Positions 19,042 to 29,224 are shown, counted from the stretch's first letter. The stretch is 64,000 bases of DNA from Acidobacteriota bacterium (GCA_035471925.1 DATIPO010000203.1:15426-79425); one strand, 5' to 3'. The notes: generated from the sequence alone by a model not told the origin. Translations and numbers: made by a program.

Positions 19042-20144
19042 GAGGCGTCTCTTTCGGCTCGTCTCGATGAGGGTTGGGGCTGCCTTTCCGCCGGTTCCGG
19101 GAGTCCGGGGTGGCGGCTGACCACTTGGGAGCGATTATAGTAAACGCCGATGGGGGCACGGGCATAGAATTCACTCAGCAACTCCGCCACCTGAGAGTCC
19201 CTGCGGCGGGCGGCGGACTTCTCCAGGCGACGCAGGCGGCGCACTTCAGGCCATCGCTTCAAGGCGCCCCACAGAGCCCGGTAGAAGCCCCGGTCGCCTG
19301 CCAGGATGCGGGTCAGGATCTTGACCTTGAGGGAGAGCAAGTGAGCCGCCATCCAGGACAGGCTGTGGCAGTTGATCCAGTGAAAGAGCAGGCGGTTGCG
19401 CAGCGAGGCCTCTTCCACCTGAGGACGTTTGTAGTGAGCTTCGATGGTGGCGCTGGTGCGGTGGCGGGCCAGGCTGCGGGGCTCGTAGCGGACCTCCCAC
19501 CCCCGCTTCCAGGCCCGGTAGGAGAGGTCGATGTCCTCCCAGTGGAAGGGAGCCAGGATCTCCAGGAAGCCGCCCAGCTCCTCAAGCTTGTCCCGACGGT
19601 AGGCCGCGAATCCCCCCACCGCGTAGAAGGAGAGCAGCCGCCGCTCCGCGGTCCAGCGTCGGGCTTGGGGGCTGTCGTCCACGTCGTAGTTGAAGTAGAC
19701 GCTCCAGAATCCCCTTCGGAAGCGTCCCACCTTGCCGCCGGTGGCAAAGACGGGCTCGTCCCACTCGAAGACGCGGGCGGTGACGGCGAAGAGGCGCTCG
19801 GCCGGGTCACCCTCGCTGAAGTGGCCGGCCAGGTGGACGAAGTAGTCCTCCTCCACCCTGACGTCGTTGTTGAGCAGCGCCACCACCGGATAGCGGCAGT
19901 GGCGGAAGCCGGTATTGCAGGCCGGAGAGAAGCCTCCGTTGAGGGGACGGCGCACCAGTTCGACCTGCGGAAACTCGCGGGGGAGGGCTTGAGCCGTGTC
20001 ATCATCCCCGCCGTCGTCGACCACGATGATCTCCCAGGGACGCTGGCCGTGCTGTCCGAAGTAGTCCGCCGCCCGCAGGACCGAAGGCAGGTTCTCCCTC
20101 AGCAGGTGGAGGCCGTTCCAGGTGGGGATGACGATGCTGAGCAT
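19038..20144 (-). CDS. glycosyltransferase family 2
   Basis: MLSIVIPTWNG...VVDDGGDDDT...NNDV; ATGA overlap with the downstream GT2. Confidence 0.7.
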   Translation of the reverse strand: MLSIVIPTWNGLHLLRENLPSVLRAADYFGQHGQRPWEIIVVDDGGDDDTAQALPREFPQVELVRRPLNGGFSPACNTGFRHCRYPVVALLNNDVRVEEDYFVHLAGHFSEGDPAERLFAVTARVFEWDEPVFATGGKVGRFRRGFWSVYFNYDVDDSPQARRWTAERRLLSFYAVGGFAAYRRDKLEELGGFLEILAPFHWEDIDLSYRAWKRGWEVRYEPRSLARHRTSATIEAHYKRPQVEEASLRNRLLFHWINCHSLSWMAAHLLSLKVKILTRILAGDRGFYRALWGALKRWPEVRRLRRLEKSAARRRDSQVAELLSEFYARAPIGVYYNRSQVVSRHPGLPEPAERQPQPSSRRAERDAS

Positions 20145-20177
20145 GACCTTGCGCTCCTGGCCGGGAGAGGGCTTCTC

Positions 20178-21182
20178 TCAGCCCGCTTGCGCCTGCAATA
20201 CGGTGATGGCCGCCACGTTGACGATGTCTTGGGCGTGGCAGCCGCGGCTGAGGTCGTTCATGGGACGGTCGAGGCCTTGTAGGACGGGTCCGATGGCTTC
20301 GGCTCCAGCCAGCCGCTGAGTCAGCTTGTAGGCGATGTTGCCGGCGTCCAGGCTGGGGAAGATGAGCGTGTTGGCGTCCCCCTTGAGGCCGCCGCCCGGA
20401 GCCTTGGAGGCCGCCACCTGGGGAACCAGCGCCGCGTCAGCCTGCAACTCGCCGTCGCAGGCCAAGTCTGGAGCGCGCTCCTTGAGGGTGCGGACCGCCT
20501 CGGCTACTTTGTCGACAAAGGGATGGCGGGCGCTTCCCTTGGTGGAAAAGGAAAGCAGCGCCACCCGAGGCTCCTCTTCCAGGTAGAGCCGCGTGTTTTC
20601 AGCCGCCAGCATGGCGATCTCGGCCAGTTGAGGGGAAGTGGGGTCGGGCACCACCCCGCAGTCGGCGTAGATCAGGGCCTTCTGCCCGCCGGGGGCAGGA
20701 CGGCTGAGTGCCATGATGAAGAAGCTGGAAAGCATGGAAACGTCTTGGCGCAGTCCAATGCAGTGGAGGGCCGCCCGCACCGTTTGGGCCGTGGGGTAGA
20801 CAGCCCCCGCCACGCATCCCCGGGCCTGGCCCGCCGCAACCAGCAGGGCGGCGCAAAAAGCGGGATGGCTGGCAGCCTTGAAGGCTTCCTCGGGAGAGAT
20901 GCCCTTGGCCCTTCGGCGCTCAAAATAGAGGGCGTCGAGCTTGTACTTGCGGACGGCTTGCGCGGGGTCGAGGACCGTAAAGCCGGTCTTCACGCCGCGC
21001 TCCCGCGCCAAAGCGGCGATCGTGCCCTCATTTCCCAGAAGTAGGGGCAGTGCGATGCCCTCCTCGAGCAAGATCGAGGCCGCCTCCACCACCCGCTGAT
21101 CCTCGCCTTCAGCCAGCACCACTTTGCAGGACGAACGGCGTGCCCGCGCCCGGATTCGCTCCAACAACGACATGGGGCGCAT
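20178..21182 (-). CDS. pta: phosphate acetyltransferase (phosphotransacetylase)
   Basis: PTA_PTB family signature: ...[15 protein letters not shown]...SFFIM...DCGVVPDP...[13 protein letters not shown]. Confidence 0.8.
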   Translation of the reverse strand: MRPMSLLERIRARARRSSCKVVLAEGEDQRVVEAASILLEEGIALPLLLGNEGTIAALARERGVKTGFTVLDPAQAVRKYKLDALYFERRRAKGISPEEAFKAASHPAFCAALLVAAGQARGCVAGAVYPTAQTVRAALHCIGLRQDVSMLSSFFIMALSRPAPGGQKALIYADCGVVPDPTSPQLAEIAMLAAENTRLYLEEEPRVALLSFSTKGSARHPFVDKVAEAVRTLKERAPDLACDGELQADAALVPQVAASKAPGGGLKGDANTLIFPSLDAGNIAYKLTQRLAGAEAIGPVLQGLDRPMNDLSRGCHAQDIVNVAAITVLQAQAG

Positions 21183-21219
21183 GTTGACCTTTAAATAAGG
21201 TCATGTCAAGATTGCACAC

Positions 21220-21558
21220 GTGAAGTTGACCAGCGAAAAGCACGACGGGATCTGCTTCATCATTCCTGAAGGGGAACTCTTGGCCGGACAGGGCGATGCC
21301 GAACTCAAAGCTGAGATGGAACGCCTCATCGAAGAAGGCCAGCGCAGGATCGCGGTCGACTTCTCCGACGTGCCTTACATCGACAGTTCCATCCTGGGAC
21401 AGCTCGTCCACGGCTACTCCATCCTCAAGAAAGAAGGCGGCGCGCTCAAGCTGCTCAATCCCTCCAAGCGCATCGTCGACGTCCTCAACCTGACCCGCCT
21501 CATCTCGGTCTTCGAAGTCTACGAAGACAAACACAAGCTGATCGAGAGCTTTCAATAG
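21220..21558 (+). CDS. STAS-domain anti-sigma-factor antagonist (SpoIIAA-like)
   Basis: 112 aa; ...IAVDFSDVPYIDSSILGQLVHGYSILKKEGGALKLLNPSKRIVDVLNLTRL. GTG start. Confidence 0.65.
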   Translation: MKLTSEKHDGICFIIPEGELLAGQGDAELKAEMERLIEEGQRRIAVDFSDVPYIDSSILGQLVHGYSILKKEGGALKLLNPSKRIVDVLNLTRLISVFEVYEDKHKLIESFQ

Positions 21559-21634
21559 GGGCTACAGCCATACAAGGTCGGCGATCTTGGTCGCAAGGCC
21601 GACTCGTGCGCAAACTTGTGGGCCACCTGGGGGC

Positions 21635-22603
21635 CTAGCTTGACTCGCGGCTGATGCGCTCCTTGACGCGGTCGACGGCTTGTTTCAGTGCCGCCCGCTG
21701 GGAGGCTTGGTAGGCCTTTTGGTAAGCGGCCAGCGATTTCTGGTACTTGCCAGTGACTTCGTAGATGTAGCCCAGCCGCTCTTGGATCTCCCATTTGCCG
21801 GGCAGGTGCTGGGCGGCGTTGAGGAAGGCGCTTTCGGCGTCGGCATGGCGCTTCTCCAGCAGGTAGGCCTCGCCCAGGTTGTACCAGGCCTCTCCGTCCT
21901 GAGGATTGGATCCTACGAATTCCTCCAGCAGGCTGATGGCTCGGCCCGACTGTTTGGCGGCCAGAGCCTGCAGGGCCCGGTCATAGGTGACACGGTTGAG
22001 GAACTTGGGGGCTTGGGGCTCGGAGGGGTCGAGCGCTTTGGCCTGGCGCAAGTACTGTTCAGCCTTGTCGAAGTTCTTGAGCTGATAGTGGGCCAGGCCC
22101 AATTGCAGGATGACCTTGGGGTTGCCGCGGTTGATCTGCTGAGCCTTCTCCAGGTCGTCGATGGCTTCGGCGTAGGACCCTTGATTGAAGTAGGCGGCAC
22201 CCCGCAGCCGGTAGATGGGCAGCCGTTCGCGATTATCGCTGGCGAAGCGCTCTCCCCTCAGCAGGGTTGCCGCGGCGTCGCTGTAGCGTCCGGCGTTGTA
22301 GTAGGCGTTGGCCAATCCCAGGTAGGTGCCCAGGTTGCCGTCCTTGAGGGACATGGCTTTCTTGAAGTGCTCGATCGACTTCTGCAACTGGCGGGTCTGC
22401 AAGTAGCAGTGTCCCAGAATGCGGTGGCCGTCCTCGTATTCGGGATTCTCTTCGACGATGGGCTCAAACTCGCTGATGGCCTGCCGGTACTTGCCCTGTT
22501 TATAGTAGGAAAGCCCCTTCTGGAAGTCGCCCTGGGCCAAGACGGCAGTGCCGCACAGGGCCACAAGCAAAAGACTGCTGAAGAGGTTGCGCACAAGTGT
22601 CAT
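21635..22603 (-). CDS. secreted TPR-repeat protein
   Basis: Signal peptide plus multiple TPR units (YYKQGKYRQAISEFE..., AYYNAGRYSDA...). Confidence 0.65.
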   Translation of the reverse strand: MTLVRNLFSSLLLVALCGTAVLAQGDFQKGLSYYKQGKYRQAISEFEPIVEENPEYEDGHRILGHCYLQTRQLQKSIEHFKKAMSLKDGNLGTYLGLANAYYNAGRYSDAAATLLRGERFASDNRERLPIYRLRGAAYFNQGSYAEAIDDLEKAQQINRGNPKVILQLGLAHYQLKNFDKAEQYLRQAKALDPSEPQAPKFLNRVTYDRALQALAAKQSGRAISLLEEFVGSNPQDGEAWYNLGEAYLLEKRHADAESAFLNAAQHLPGKWEIQERLGYIYEVTGKYQKSLAAYQKAYQASQRAALKQAVDRVKERISRESS

Positions 22604-22657
22604 GTCGTCTCCTCGGCTGGGTGGATCTCGATCGTGCCTCGGCCCGAGGCGGGAAGG

Positions 22658-23104
22658 CTATTCGAAGTAGCCGTAGGCCTTCCAGGCGTCCACTTCCGAC
22701 TGCGTGGGGATCGAGACATTCTCGACTCCCATCTGGCGAAGCAGGTCGAAGACTTCCACCATCTCGGAATAAGGGACATCGGGCTTAGGCCGGATGATGA
22801 AGGGCTTGCCGGGATTGGTGTCGAGGACGGTCTGAATATAGCCGCCCAACTGGGCCAGCCCCATCACCTGATTGTTCACCGCGTATTGTCCCTCTCCCTC
22901 AATCTTGATGAGAACCGACTCTTCAGGTTGCACATTGGTGGGATCTTGGTCGGGATATCCGAAGCGCAGACCCTGCCGCGAAGTGAAGACGGCCGTCAGC
23001 ATGAAGAAGATGATGAGCAGGAAGGCGATGTCGGCCATCGAGGAGGTGGGGATCTCAGGCACGTTGTTGAGACGCCTGCGCTCTTCCAAGCGTGATCTAG
23101 CCAT
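22658..23104 (-). CDS. exbD: biopolymer transport protein ExbD/TolR
   Basis: ADIAFLLIIFFMLTAVF TM helix and periplasmic domain. Start at MARSRLEE; overlaps the upstream exbD copy. Confidence 0.75.
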   Translation of the reverse strand: MARSRLEERRRLNNVPEIPTSSMADIAFLLIIFFMLTAVFTSRQGLRFGYPDQDPTNVQPEESVLIKIEGEGQYAVNNQVMGLAQLGGYIQTVLDTNPGKPFIIRPKPDVPYSEMVEVFDLLRQMGVENVSIPTQSEVDAWKAYGYFE

Positions 23105-23591
23105 TGCCGTCCTCCTCTTGGGTTGGGCTGGGGCTTTCCGGGGACTCCTCATCAGGGGCCGCGATGCCTCCGCTCACTTCCTGAGTCGTGAGGAGGCCGA
23201 TGTCCTGAGCGCCCCCATTGCGCAGGGCTTCCAGAACGCCGTCGATGAAGCGGTACTGTACTGACCGGTCGGCCTTGATGACGAATTCGGTTCCGGGGAA
23301 GTCTTGCAGCAAGGCCTCGGTCCTGGTCTGAAGCTCGTCCATCGACAGGACCGGTTCGGAGGCGCTTTCACCGTCCGAGAAGGCCACCGTTCCATCGGCT
23401 GTGATGGCCACGATGGCCGGGTTCTCACGTACCTGCTCCCGGGTCACCGAGGACGGCATGGTGACTTGAGTGCGTTCGGGCGAGAAGCTTGTGGTGAGCA
23501 TGAAGAAAATGATGAGCAGGAAGGCGATGTCCGCCATCGATGCCGTCGGCACCACGGGTACGGGCTTGGCTCTGTGGATGCGCCGTTTCAT
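23097..23591 (-). CDS. exbD: biopolymer transport protein ExbD/TolR (second copy)
   Basis: MADIAFLLIIFFMLTTSF; paralog of the downstream gene. Confidence 0.75.
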   Translation of the reverse strand: MKRRIHRAKPVPVVPTASMADIAFLLIIFFMLTTSFSPERTQVTMPSSVTREQVRENPAIVAITADGTVAFSDGESASEPVLSMDELQTRTEALLQDFPGTEFVIKADRSVQYRFIDGVLEALRNGGAQDIGLLTTQEVSGGIAAPDEESPESPSPTQEEDGNG

Positions 23592-24250
23592 TGTCTCCCC
23601 GCGGCGGCCACCTTGGTCGGTGATTCTTCAATTTCGCTGAAGGTCTCGAGCAGCATGGAAGTGCTGGTTTCCATGTCCAGGGCGAAATTGGAAACGCGGC
23701 TGTTGAAGTAGTTGTAGGCGGTCTGGACGGGCAGCGCGATGGCCAGCCCGGTGGCGGTGGTGATGAGGGCCTGCGAGATGCCCTGTCCCACGGCCTGGGG
23801 ATTGCCCAGTCCTTGTTCGGAAAGGGCGTCGAAGGCCAAGATCATGCCCACCACGGTTCCCAGGAATCCGAAGAGGGGAGCAATGTTGGCCACTGTCAGC
23901 AGCACCCACAGTCCGCGCTCCAATTTGGAAACCTCGTGCAGTGCCACCGATTCCATGGCCTTCTCGATCTCTTCGTTGCTCTTGCCATAGCGCAGAAGTC
24001 CCGACTTGAGGTTGGTGGCCACGGGATGGTCGTAGCTTTCGCAGATTTCCACGGCCTGGCGCAGGTCGCCGCCCAGCAACGCCTCTCTCACTCCCGAAAA
24101 GATCTCGCCCGTGTCGCCCTTGATCCGCGCATAGGCGATGGCGCGCTCGATAATGTAAAACAGTCCGACCAGGGAACAAATGATCAAGGCGTACATCATC
24201 GCCCCGCCGTCCTGGATCAGATTAAACAACCAGCCAATCGCTAGTACCAC
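23588..24250 (-). CDS. exbB: MotA/TolQ/ExbB proton channel
   Basis: Three TM helices; ...ANIAPLFGFLGTVVGMILAF...ALITTATGLAIALP signature. ATGA overlap with exbD. Confidence 0.8.
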   Translation of the reverse strand: MVLAIGWLFNLIQDGGAMMYALIICSLVGLFYIIERAIAYARIKGDTGEIFSGVREALLGGDLRQAVEICESYDHPVATNLKSGLLRYGKSNEEIEKAMESVALHEVSKLERGLWVLLTVANIAPLFGFLGTVVGMILAFDALSEQGLGNPQAVGQGISQALITTATGLAIALPVQTAYNYFNSRVSNFALDMETSTSMLLETFSEIEESPTKVAAAGRQ

Positions 24251-24508
24251 TGTGTCGGTCCTCCAAATGCTCTATGTGATCACGCCGTCGGTTTGAGCCT
24301 TCTCCGGCGGCAAAGCCTCACTCTGCCAAACTTCCATGATAACGATCCGGACTCGTTTGAGTCAAAAGGGCGCTCTGAGGTTCAGATGCCATTCTGGGCC
24401 TGACTGCAGATCTCTCTTTCCTCCAGCCCCAACATCAACAACAGACGCCAAAACCCCGGGTGACGTTCAGTAAAAGGCCGATTCGCTGCGGAAGAAAGGC
24501 AAGCCTTG

Positions 24509-25366
24509 TTACCCGGCTTCGGGGTTGACGGGTTCGTCCTCCAGCCCCGCCAGAGCAGAGCGGGCCGCTTCCTGCTCGGCCTCTTTCTTGGAGAGGCCTT
24601 GGCCCTTGGCCAGCGAACGTCCGGCTGAGAGCACTTCTACCACGAATTCCTTGCGGTGATCGGGGCCGCTTTCGGCCACAACACGATAGTCTGGCTCGCT
24701 GCGTCCGATGCTGTGCAGTTCCTCTTGGAGGGCGCTCTTAAAGTCCTTGACGCGCACCTTCTTAGGATCGATTTCATCAAGAAGGGGCCCGAAGCGCCGC
24801 AGCAAGAAGCGGCGGGCCGACTCAAGGCCTCCGTCCAGATAAATGGCCGCCGTTACACTCTCGAAGATGTCGGCCAGGATGGCCCGCTTCTGACGTCCGC
24901 CGGTCTTTTCCTCGCCGTGGCTGAGCAGCAGGTAATCGCTCAGCCCCAGTTGGCGCGACAGCCGTCCCAGTTGGCGGGCCGAGACCAAGTGGGCTTTGAG
25001 TTTCGAGAGACCGCCCTCCCGCAAGGTCGGATAGGCTCTCAGCAGCGCCTCGCTGACCACCAGGCCGACGACCGTATCGCCGAAGAATTCCAGGGCTTCG
25101 TAATCTCCTCCCTCGGTAGGATTGCCGGCATCGTGCAGATAGGAGCGGTGGGTCAGAGCCTGATTAAGAAGGGCGTAGTTCTTGAACCGGTAGCCTAAGG
25201 TCTCTTCCAGTCGGCGTAGAGAAGCCGTGCGTTCGGCATCTGGCGGAGCCGCCGTCATGGTGGCCGTTTCAGCCTTGCTCAGCGATCCCCGAAATTTCTG
25301 CAGCCAGTTCATGGACCCTTCCCGGACGCCTCCGGACAGAGTGCGCCGGGAGGCCATCACACTCAA
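24509..25366 (-). CDS. rnc: ribonuclease III
   Basis: RNase III signature ERLEFLGDTV-like (ALEFFGDTVVG) and C-terminal dsRBD. True start may be the internal ATG (MNWLQKF, ~25312). Confidence 0.8.
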   Translation of the reverse strand: MSVMASRRTLSGGVREGSMNWLQKFRGSLSKAETATMTAAPPDAERTASLRRLEETLGYRFKNYALLNQALTHRSYLHDAGNPTEGGDYEALEFFGDTVVGLVVSEALLRAYPTLREGGLSKLKAHLVSARQLGRLSRQLGLSDYLLLSHGEEKTGGRQKRAILADIFESVTAAIYLDGGLESARRFLLRRFGPLLDEIDPKKVRVKDFKSALQEELHSIGRSEPDYRVVAESGPDHRKEFVVEVLSAGRSLAKGQGLSKKEAEQEAARSALAGLEDEPVNPEAG

Positions 25367-25372
25367 GCCGAA

Positions 25373-26380
25373 TCAACCTCCCTCGCCGGGAGGAGGAGAA
25401 GAGGAGCCTCCGGGCGGTGGAGAAGCGGGTTCGCCGGGAGGAGGCGTCTCGGCCGGAGGCGTCGTCCTGGCCGCGGCTTCCTGGGCCCACTGCTGCTGCT
25501 TCTCACCCAGCTTCTCGCGCAGGCTCTCCTGGGCGTCCTGGATGCGGGCCTCGATCTTCGACTTGTCCTTCTCCAGCAGGTCGTAAATCTCGCCCAGCGT
25601 CCTCGTTGCCGCGTTGCCGACCGCTGTTCCCGTGGCAGCCGCCAAGGTGAAGTAGTGGATGGCCTGATCGGCATCATTCTTTTGGCGATAGGCGCTGCCC
25701 AAGCGGTAATAGGCGTAAGCGTCCGTCGGGTCGAGATCGGCGGCCATCTCCAGATTCTCGATGGCTTTGTCGAGCTTGGTCTGGTCTTCCTTGTTCTGCA
25801 TGAACTCGCCCAGTTGGGAGCGGCCGATGGCGAAGTGAGCCGAGCACAGAAGCTTGTCCCGCTGTTGAGGTTGAAAACTGTTTCGGACTTGTTCGTCGGC
25901 CATTACCGAGGTCACTTTGCCGGCCATTGTCTGAGCCTTGTCGAACTTCTTGGTTTCGGCATAGAAGAAAGCCAGATGGCTGGCCAGGTCGAGTGCCTGC
26001 GGCAGTTCCTCTAAGGCCTGCTCGCCGTGCATCATGAAGTCGGCGAAGTTGTTGTTGGTGAAGGCCGACATCGCGATCACGTAATGGGCATGAGGCGTCA
26101 TGCCGCTATCGGGAAACTGTTCCAGGAATATCCGGGCTTTGGCCGGCTGCTCCGGGCTGGGGGCATTGACAACCGCATTCCAGGCTTCCATTTCAGCCTG
26201 CGAGCGGACTTGCCCCACCACGCGCGGCGGCGGAGGAGCCGGTTCGGCTGTTTCCTCTTGTTGGGCTGGCTGCTCTTCTTGTGTTTGGCCCTGCTCTTGA
26301 GTCCCCTGTTGCTGGGCCACCGACCAGCCCCAAACCAGGGTCAGGACTCCCGCCAGCATTAAATATCGAACGAATTTCAT
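25373..26380 (-). CDS. secreted TPR-like protein with Gln/Pro-rich N- and C-termini
   Basis: Start at MKFVRYLMLAGVLTLVWGWSVA with GGAGG RBS. The ORF track's 5' extension to 26584 was rejected. TPR-like helices (AYAYYRLGSAYRQKND). Confidence 0.55.
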   Translation of the reverse strand: MKFVRYLMLAGVLTLVWGWSVAQQQGTQEQGQTQEEQPAQQEETAEPAPPPPRVVGQVRSQAEMEAWNAVVNAPSPEQPAKARIFLEQFPDSGMTPHAHYVIAMSAFTNNNFADFMMHGEQALEELPQALDLASHLAFFYAETKKFDKAQTMAGKVTSVMADEQVRNSFQPQQRDKLLCSAHFAIGRSQLGEFMQNKEDQTKLDKAIENLEMAADLDPTDAYAYYRLGSAYRQKNDADQAIHYFTLAAATGTAVGNAATRTLGEIYDLLEKDKSKIEARIQDAQESLREKLGEKQQQWAQEAAARTTPPAETPPPGEPASPPPGGSSSPPPGEGG

Positions 26381-26478
26381 AAATCCTCCCAGTTCATAAC
26401 TGCAACGTTTTATTTTGCCATATCTGTGGTCGAAGGCCAATCGCACCCGGCTATGCTTGGCTGTGATGCGGGACCCGC

Positions 26479-29187
26479 CTAAGAGTTGCATTGAGAGGCC
26501 AGGCTGCGGACCGCATCCTCCACTTGACGGGCCGCCAGGCGGGGATCGTCCAGACAGGGGAAACGCAAGGCCGATCCGAAGCACACTCTCACCGGGCCCG
26601 CCTTGGGACGCGAAACATGCTTGTTATAAACTTCGAAGAGTCCCTGCAAGTAGACTGGCACCACCGGAAGCTTCATTTCCATCGCCATTACTCCCACCCC
26701 CGGCCGGAATGCCTGCATCTCCCCGTCCTCGCTGCGGCGTCCCTCGGGAAAGATGAGCGGACAGCATCCTCGTTCCACCAGCAGGCCCGTCCTGCGCAGG
26801 GTCTTGCGTACCCCGCCCATGCGCTGCGGCAGGGGATAGGCATTGAAGAGTCCCCTGGCCAGCAAATAGAACCAAGCGGCCGCCGCGCGCTCTTTGAGCC
26901 CATAGCGCTGGGGAGCGAAGAGCGGCAGGAAGTGCTCCTTGGCCATGGCCGGAGCCAACCGGTATCTCCACGAGAAGGGCAGCGCCAAGGCCACGGCCGG
27001 CGTGTCGAGATGGCTGTTGTGGTTGGCGGCCAGGATGACGGGAGGAGAGAGTTCCCGCAGGTGCTCCAGCCCCTCTATCTGCATGCGGGCCAGTTTCCGG
27101 AAGAGGTGGAAGACGATCAGCTCATCCGCCAGCACGCGCGGGATCTTAATGAGGGGACCGTGCCATCCCCAGAAACGGATTCTCTCCGCAGCTCGGCTTG
27201 ACGGCGGCGTATCCTTGCGGCTGCTCTGGGGCCCAGGCTCCTGACCTGTTTCGGGTTCGGCCGCTTGCTTCCCGTGGCCTTCTCGGGCGCTCTGGTGGCC
27301 GCTTTCTTGGGCCACGGTCCCCAACTCGCCGGCCTGCGCTGCCTCCTCAAAGTCTCCTTCCTGCTCCGGATGCGAGGCGTCCTCTTGAGCTCGCAGGGAG
27401 CGCAGCCAGGCACGCAATTGGCCCACGGTTTCCAGTTGAGCGAAACGTTCTTCGTCTAAACGAACGCGGTAGGCCTCCTCCAGGGCTGCCATCAGCTCGA
27501 TGCGGTCGAGTGAGGAAAGACCGAGGTGGCGCTCCAAGCTGGTTTCGTCGCGGAGGGACGAAGAGGGCTGTCCGCTGATGCGCTGCAGGGCCTGTTCCAG
27601 GGCCGAGCCTTGGGGAGATGTCGTGGTGGGGCCTTGCATCTGGCGTCCTACCGCTTCGGCCACTTTGCGGCGCTGCACTTTGAGCGTGGAGGAGGTGCGG
27701 GGGAAGTCCTCATCAGGCCACACCGACCAACTGCGGACGCGCTGATGGGATTCCAGCCGCGAGTTGGCCCGCTGCACGGCTTGCGACAGATCGGCCCCGG
27801 CTTGGACGGGAATGATGGCGGCGTGCACCAGTTCGGCGCCCTGGCTCTTGCGCGCAACCACCACCGCCTCCCGAACTTCGGCCATCTCGTTGAGCATGTC
27901 TTCAACGTCGCCGGGGTGAACGTTGAGCCCTTCCGAAGTGACGATCAGGTCTTTCTTGCGTCCACGGTAGTAGAGCCGTCCTTCCTCGTCGAACTCGCCC
28001 AGATCGCCGGTGTGCAGCCAGCCGTCCTCGGCCACCGTCTGCTTTTCGCCCTCGGCCCCCAGGTATTCGCTGACCACCGAATCGCCCCTGACCAAGATCT
28101 CGCCGTCCTGGCTGAGGCGCACCTGCTGACCCGGAAGGACGCTGCCGATCGAGCCCGCGCGGCTGTGGAAAGGATGGTTGACGGCTACCACAGGAGAGGT
28201 TTCAGTCATGCCATAGCCCTGAACGACGACGTATCCCAGACGTCCCCAAAAGGACTCGATGGAGGCCTCCACTTCGGCACCGCCCACCACCAGGGCCCAG
28301 AACTTCCATCCCAACGCCCGGTGGATTTCCCGGCTGCGCCACCAGCGCTGCAAGATGCCTGTCCAGCCTCCGGCATGGGGACGCGCCTCGGGCACTCGAA
28401 AGCGCTGCTCGATGTGGGACTGCAAAGTCTGGGCGATGCGGGGCACGCACACTAGCGCCGAAACCCGCTCCCGCCGGATGACTCCTGACAGCGAGTCAGG
28501 ATGGAGGTCGTCGCTGAAGACCGCCGCCCCGCCCAGCAGAATCGGAATGAAGAGCCCCAGAGACTGCCCGAACATGTGGCTCAAGGGCAGCAGGTCGAGC
28601 AGGCGGATGGGCTGAAAGGGCCGGGCGTATTTGCGGTAGCGGGCGATTTCACCTTGCAGCGGACGCAGGTTGGAGCAGATGTTGCGGTGGCGGTGAACGA
28701 CTCCCTTGGGTTCGCCGGTTGTGCCCGAGGTGTAGACGATCTCGACGATGTCGTCGGGTTGGGCGGGGACGTAGTCCAATTGCCTGGCCCGCGGTAGATG
28801 GCGGACCTCATCGAGGCACAAGCGGGCCCCGAGTTGGCCGGCGGCTCCCTCGACCCGGCTGCCGTAGAGGAGGATGCGGGCCCCGGTCTGTTCACGAATG
28901 CGGGCCACGAATGAAGGCGAGGATCGGAAATCCAACGGCACGGCCACCGCTCCCCGGCAAAGGCAGGCCCAGAAGGAAGCCGTCCACTCGGGGCGGTTCT
29001 CGCTCCACAGGAGCACCTTGTCGCCGCGTCCCACGCCCTGCGCGCGCAGGTAGGCGGTCATGGATGCGATTTGCTGACGGAGGTGGCCATAGCTCATCCG
29101 CCAAGTGCGGTAACCGTTGAAGTAGCGGATCGCTTCGCGGCCGCTGAGGGGGCCGGTCTGATCGAGAAGATCAAGCAGAGTCTGCAT
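26479..29187 (-). CDS. tri-domain fusion: AMP-dependent acyl-CoA/ACP synthetase, acyl-carrier (PP-binding) domain, and 1-acyl-sn-glycerol-3-phosphate acyltransferase (LPLAT/PlsC) domain
   Basis: AMP-binding motif YTSGTTGEPKGV plus GYGMTETS; carrier LGLSSLDRIELMAALEE; acyltransferase HNSHLD (HX4D) and FPEGRRS motifs. 902 aa. Confidence 0.75.
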   Translation of the reverse strand: MQTLLDLLDQTGPLSGREAIRYFNGYRTWRMSYGHLRQQIASMTAYLRAQGVGRGDKVLLWSENRPEWTASFWACLCRGAVAVPLDFRSSPSFVARIREQTGARILLYGSRVEGAAGQLGARLCLDEVRHLPRARQLDYVPAQPDDIVEIVYTSGTTGEPKGVVHRHRNICSNLRPLQGEIARYRKYARPFQPIRLLDLLPLSHMFGQSLGLFIPILLGGAAVFSDDLHPDSLSGVIRRERVSALVCVPRIAQTLQSHIEQRFRVPEARPHAGGWTGILQRWWRSREIHRALGWKFWALVVGGAEVEASIESFWGRLGYVVVQGYGMTETSPVVAVNHPFHSRAGSIGSVLPGQQVRLSQDGEILVRGDSVVSEYLGAEGEKQTVAEDGWLHTGDLGEFDEEGRLYYRGRKKDLIVTSEGLNVHPGDVEDMLNEMAEVREAVVVARKSQGAELVHAAIIPVQAGADLSQAVQRANSRLESHQRVRSWSVWPDEDFPRTSSTLKVQRRKVAEAVGRQMQGPTTTSPQGSALEQALQRISGQPSSSLRDETSLERHLGLSSLDRIELMAALEEAYRVRLDEERFAQLETVGQLRAWLRSLRAQEDASHPEQEGDFEEAAQAGELGTVAQESGHQSAREGHGKQAAEPETGQEPGPQSSRKDTPPSSRAAERIRFWGWHGPLIKIPRVLADELIVFHLFRKLARMQIEGLEHLRELSPPVILAANHNSHLDTPAVALALPFSWRYRLAPAMAKEHFLPLFAPQRYGLKERAAAAWFYLLARGLFNAYPLPQRMGGVRKTLRRTGLLVERGCCPLIFPEGRRSEDGEMQAFRPGVGVMAMEMKLPVVPVYLQGLFEVYNKHVSRPKAGPVRVCFGSALRFPCLDDPRLAARQVEDAVRSLASQCNS

Positions 29188-29224
29188 GCATGGGTCCCGT
29201 GCTCAGGACCTGCTCCGCGGGACG

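Noticed and set aside
19074-20282. 402-aa ORF on the plus strand
   Set aside because: Antisense to the GT2 glycosyltransferase with an Ala/Gly/Val-rich composition, so spurious.
21680-23095. 471-aa ORF on the plus strand
   Set aside because: Antisense to the TPR and exbD genes. It spans two real genes on the other strand and has no recognisable motifs.
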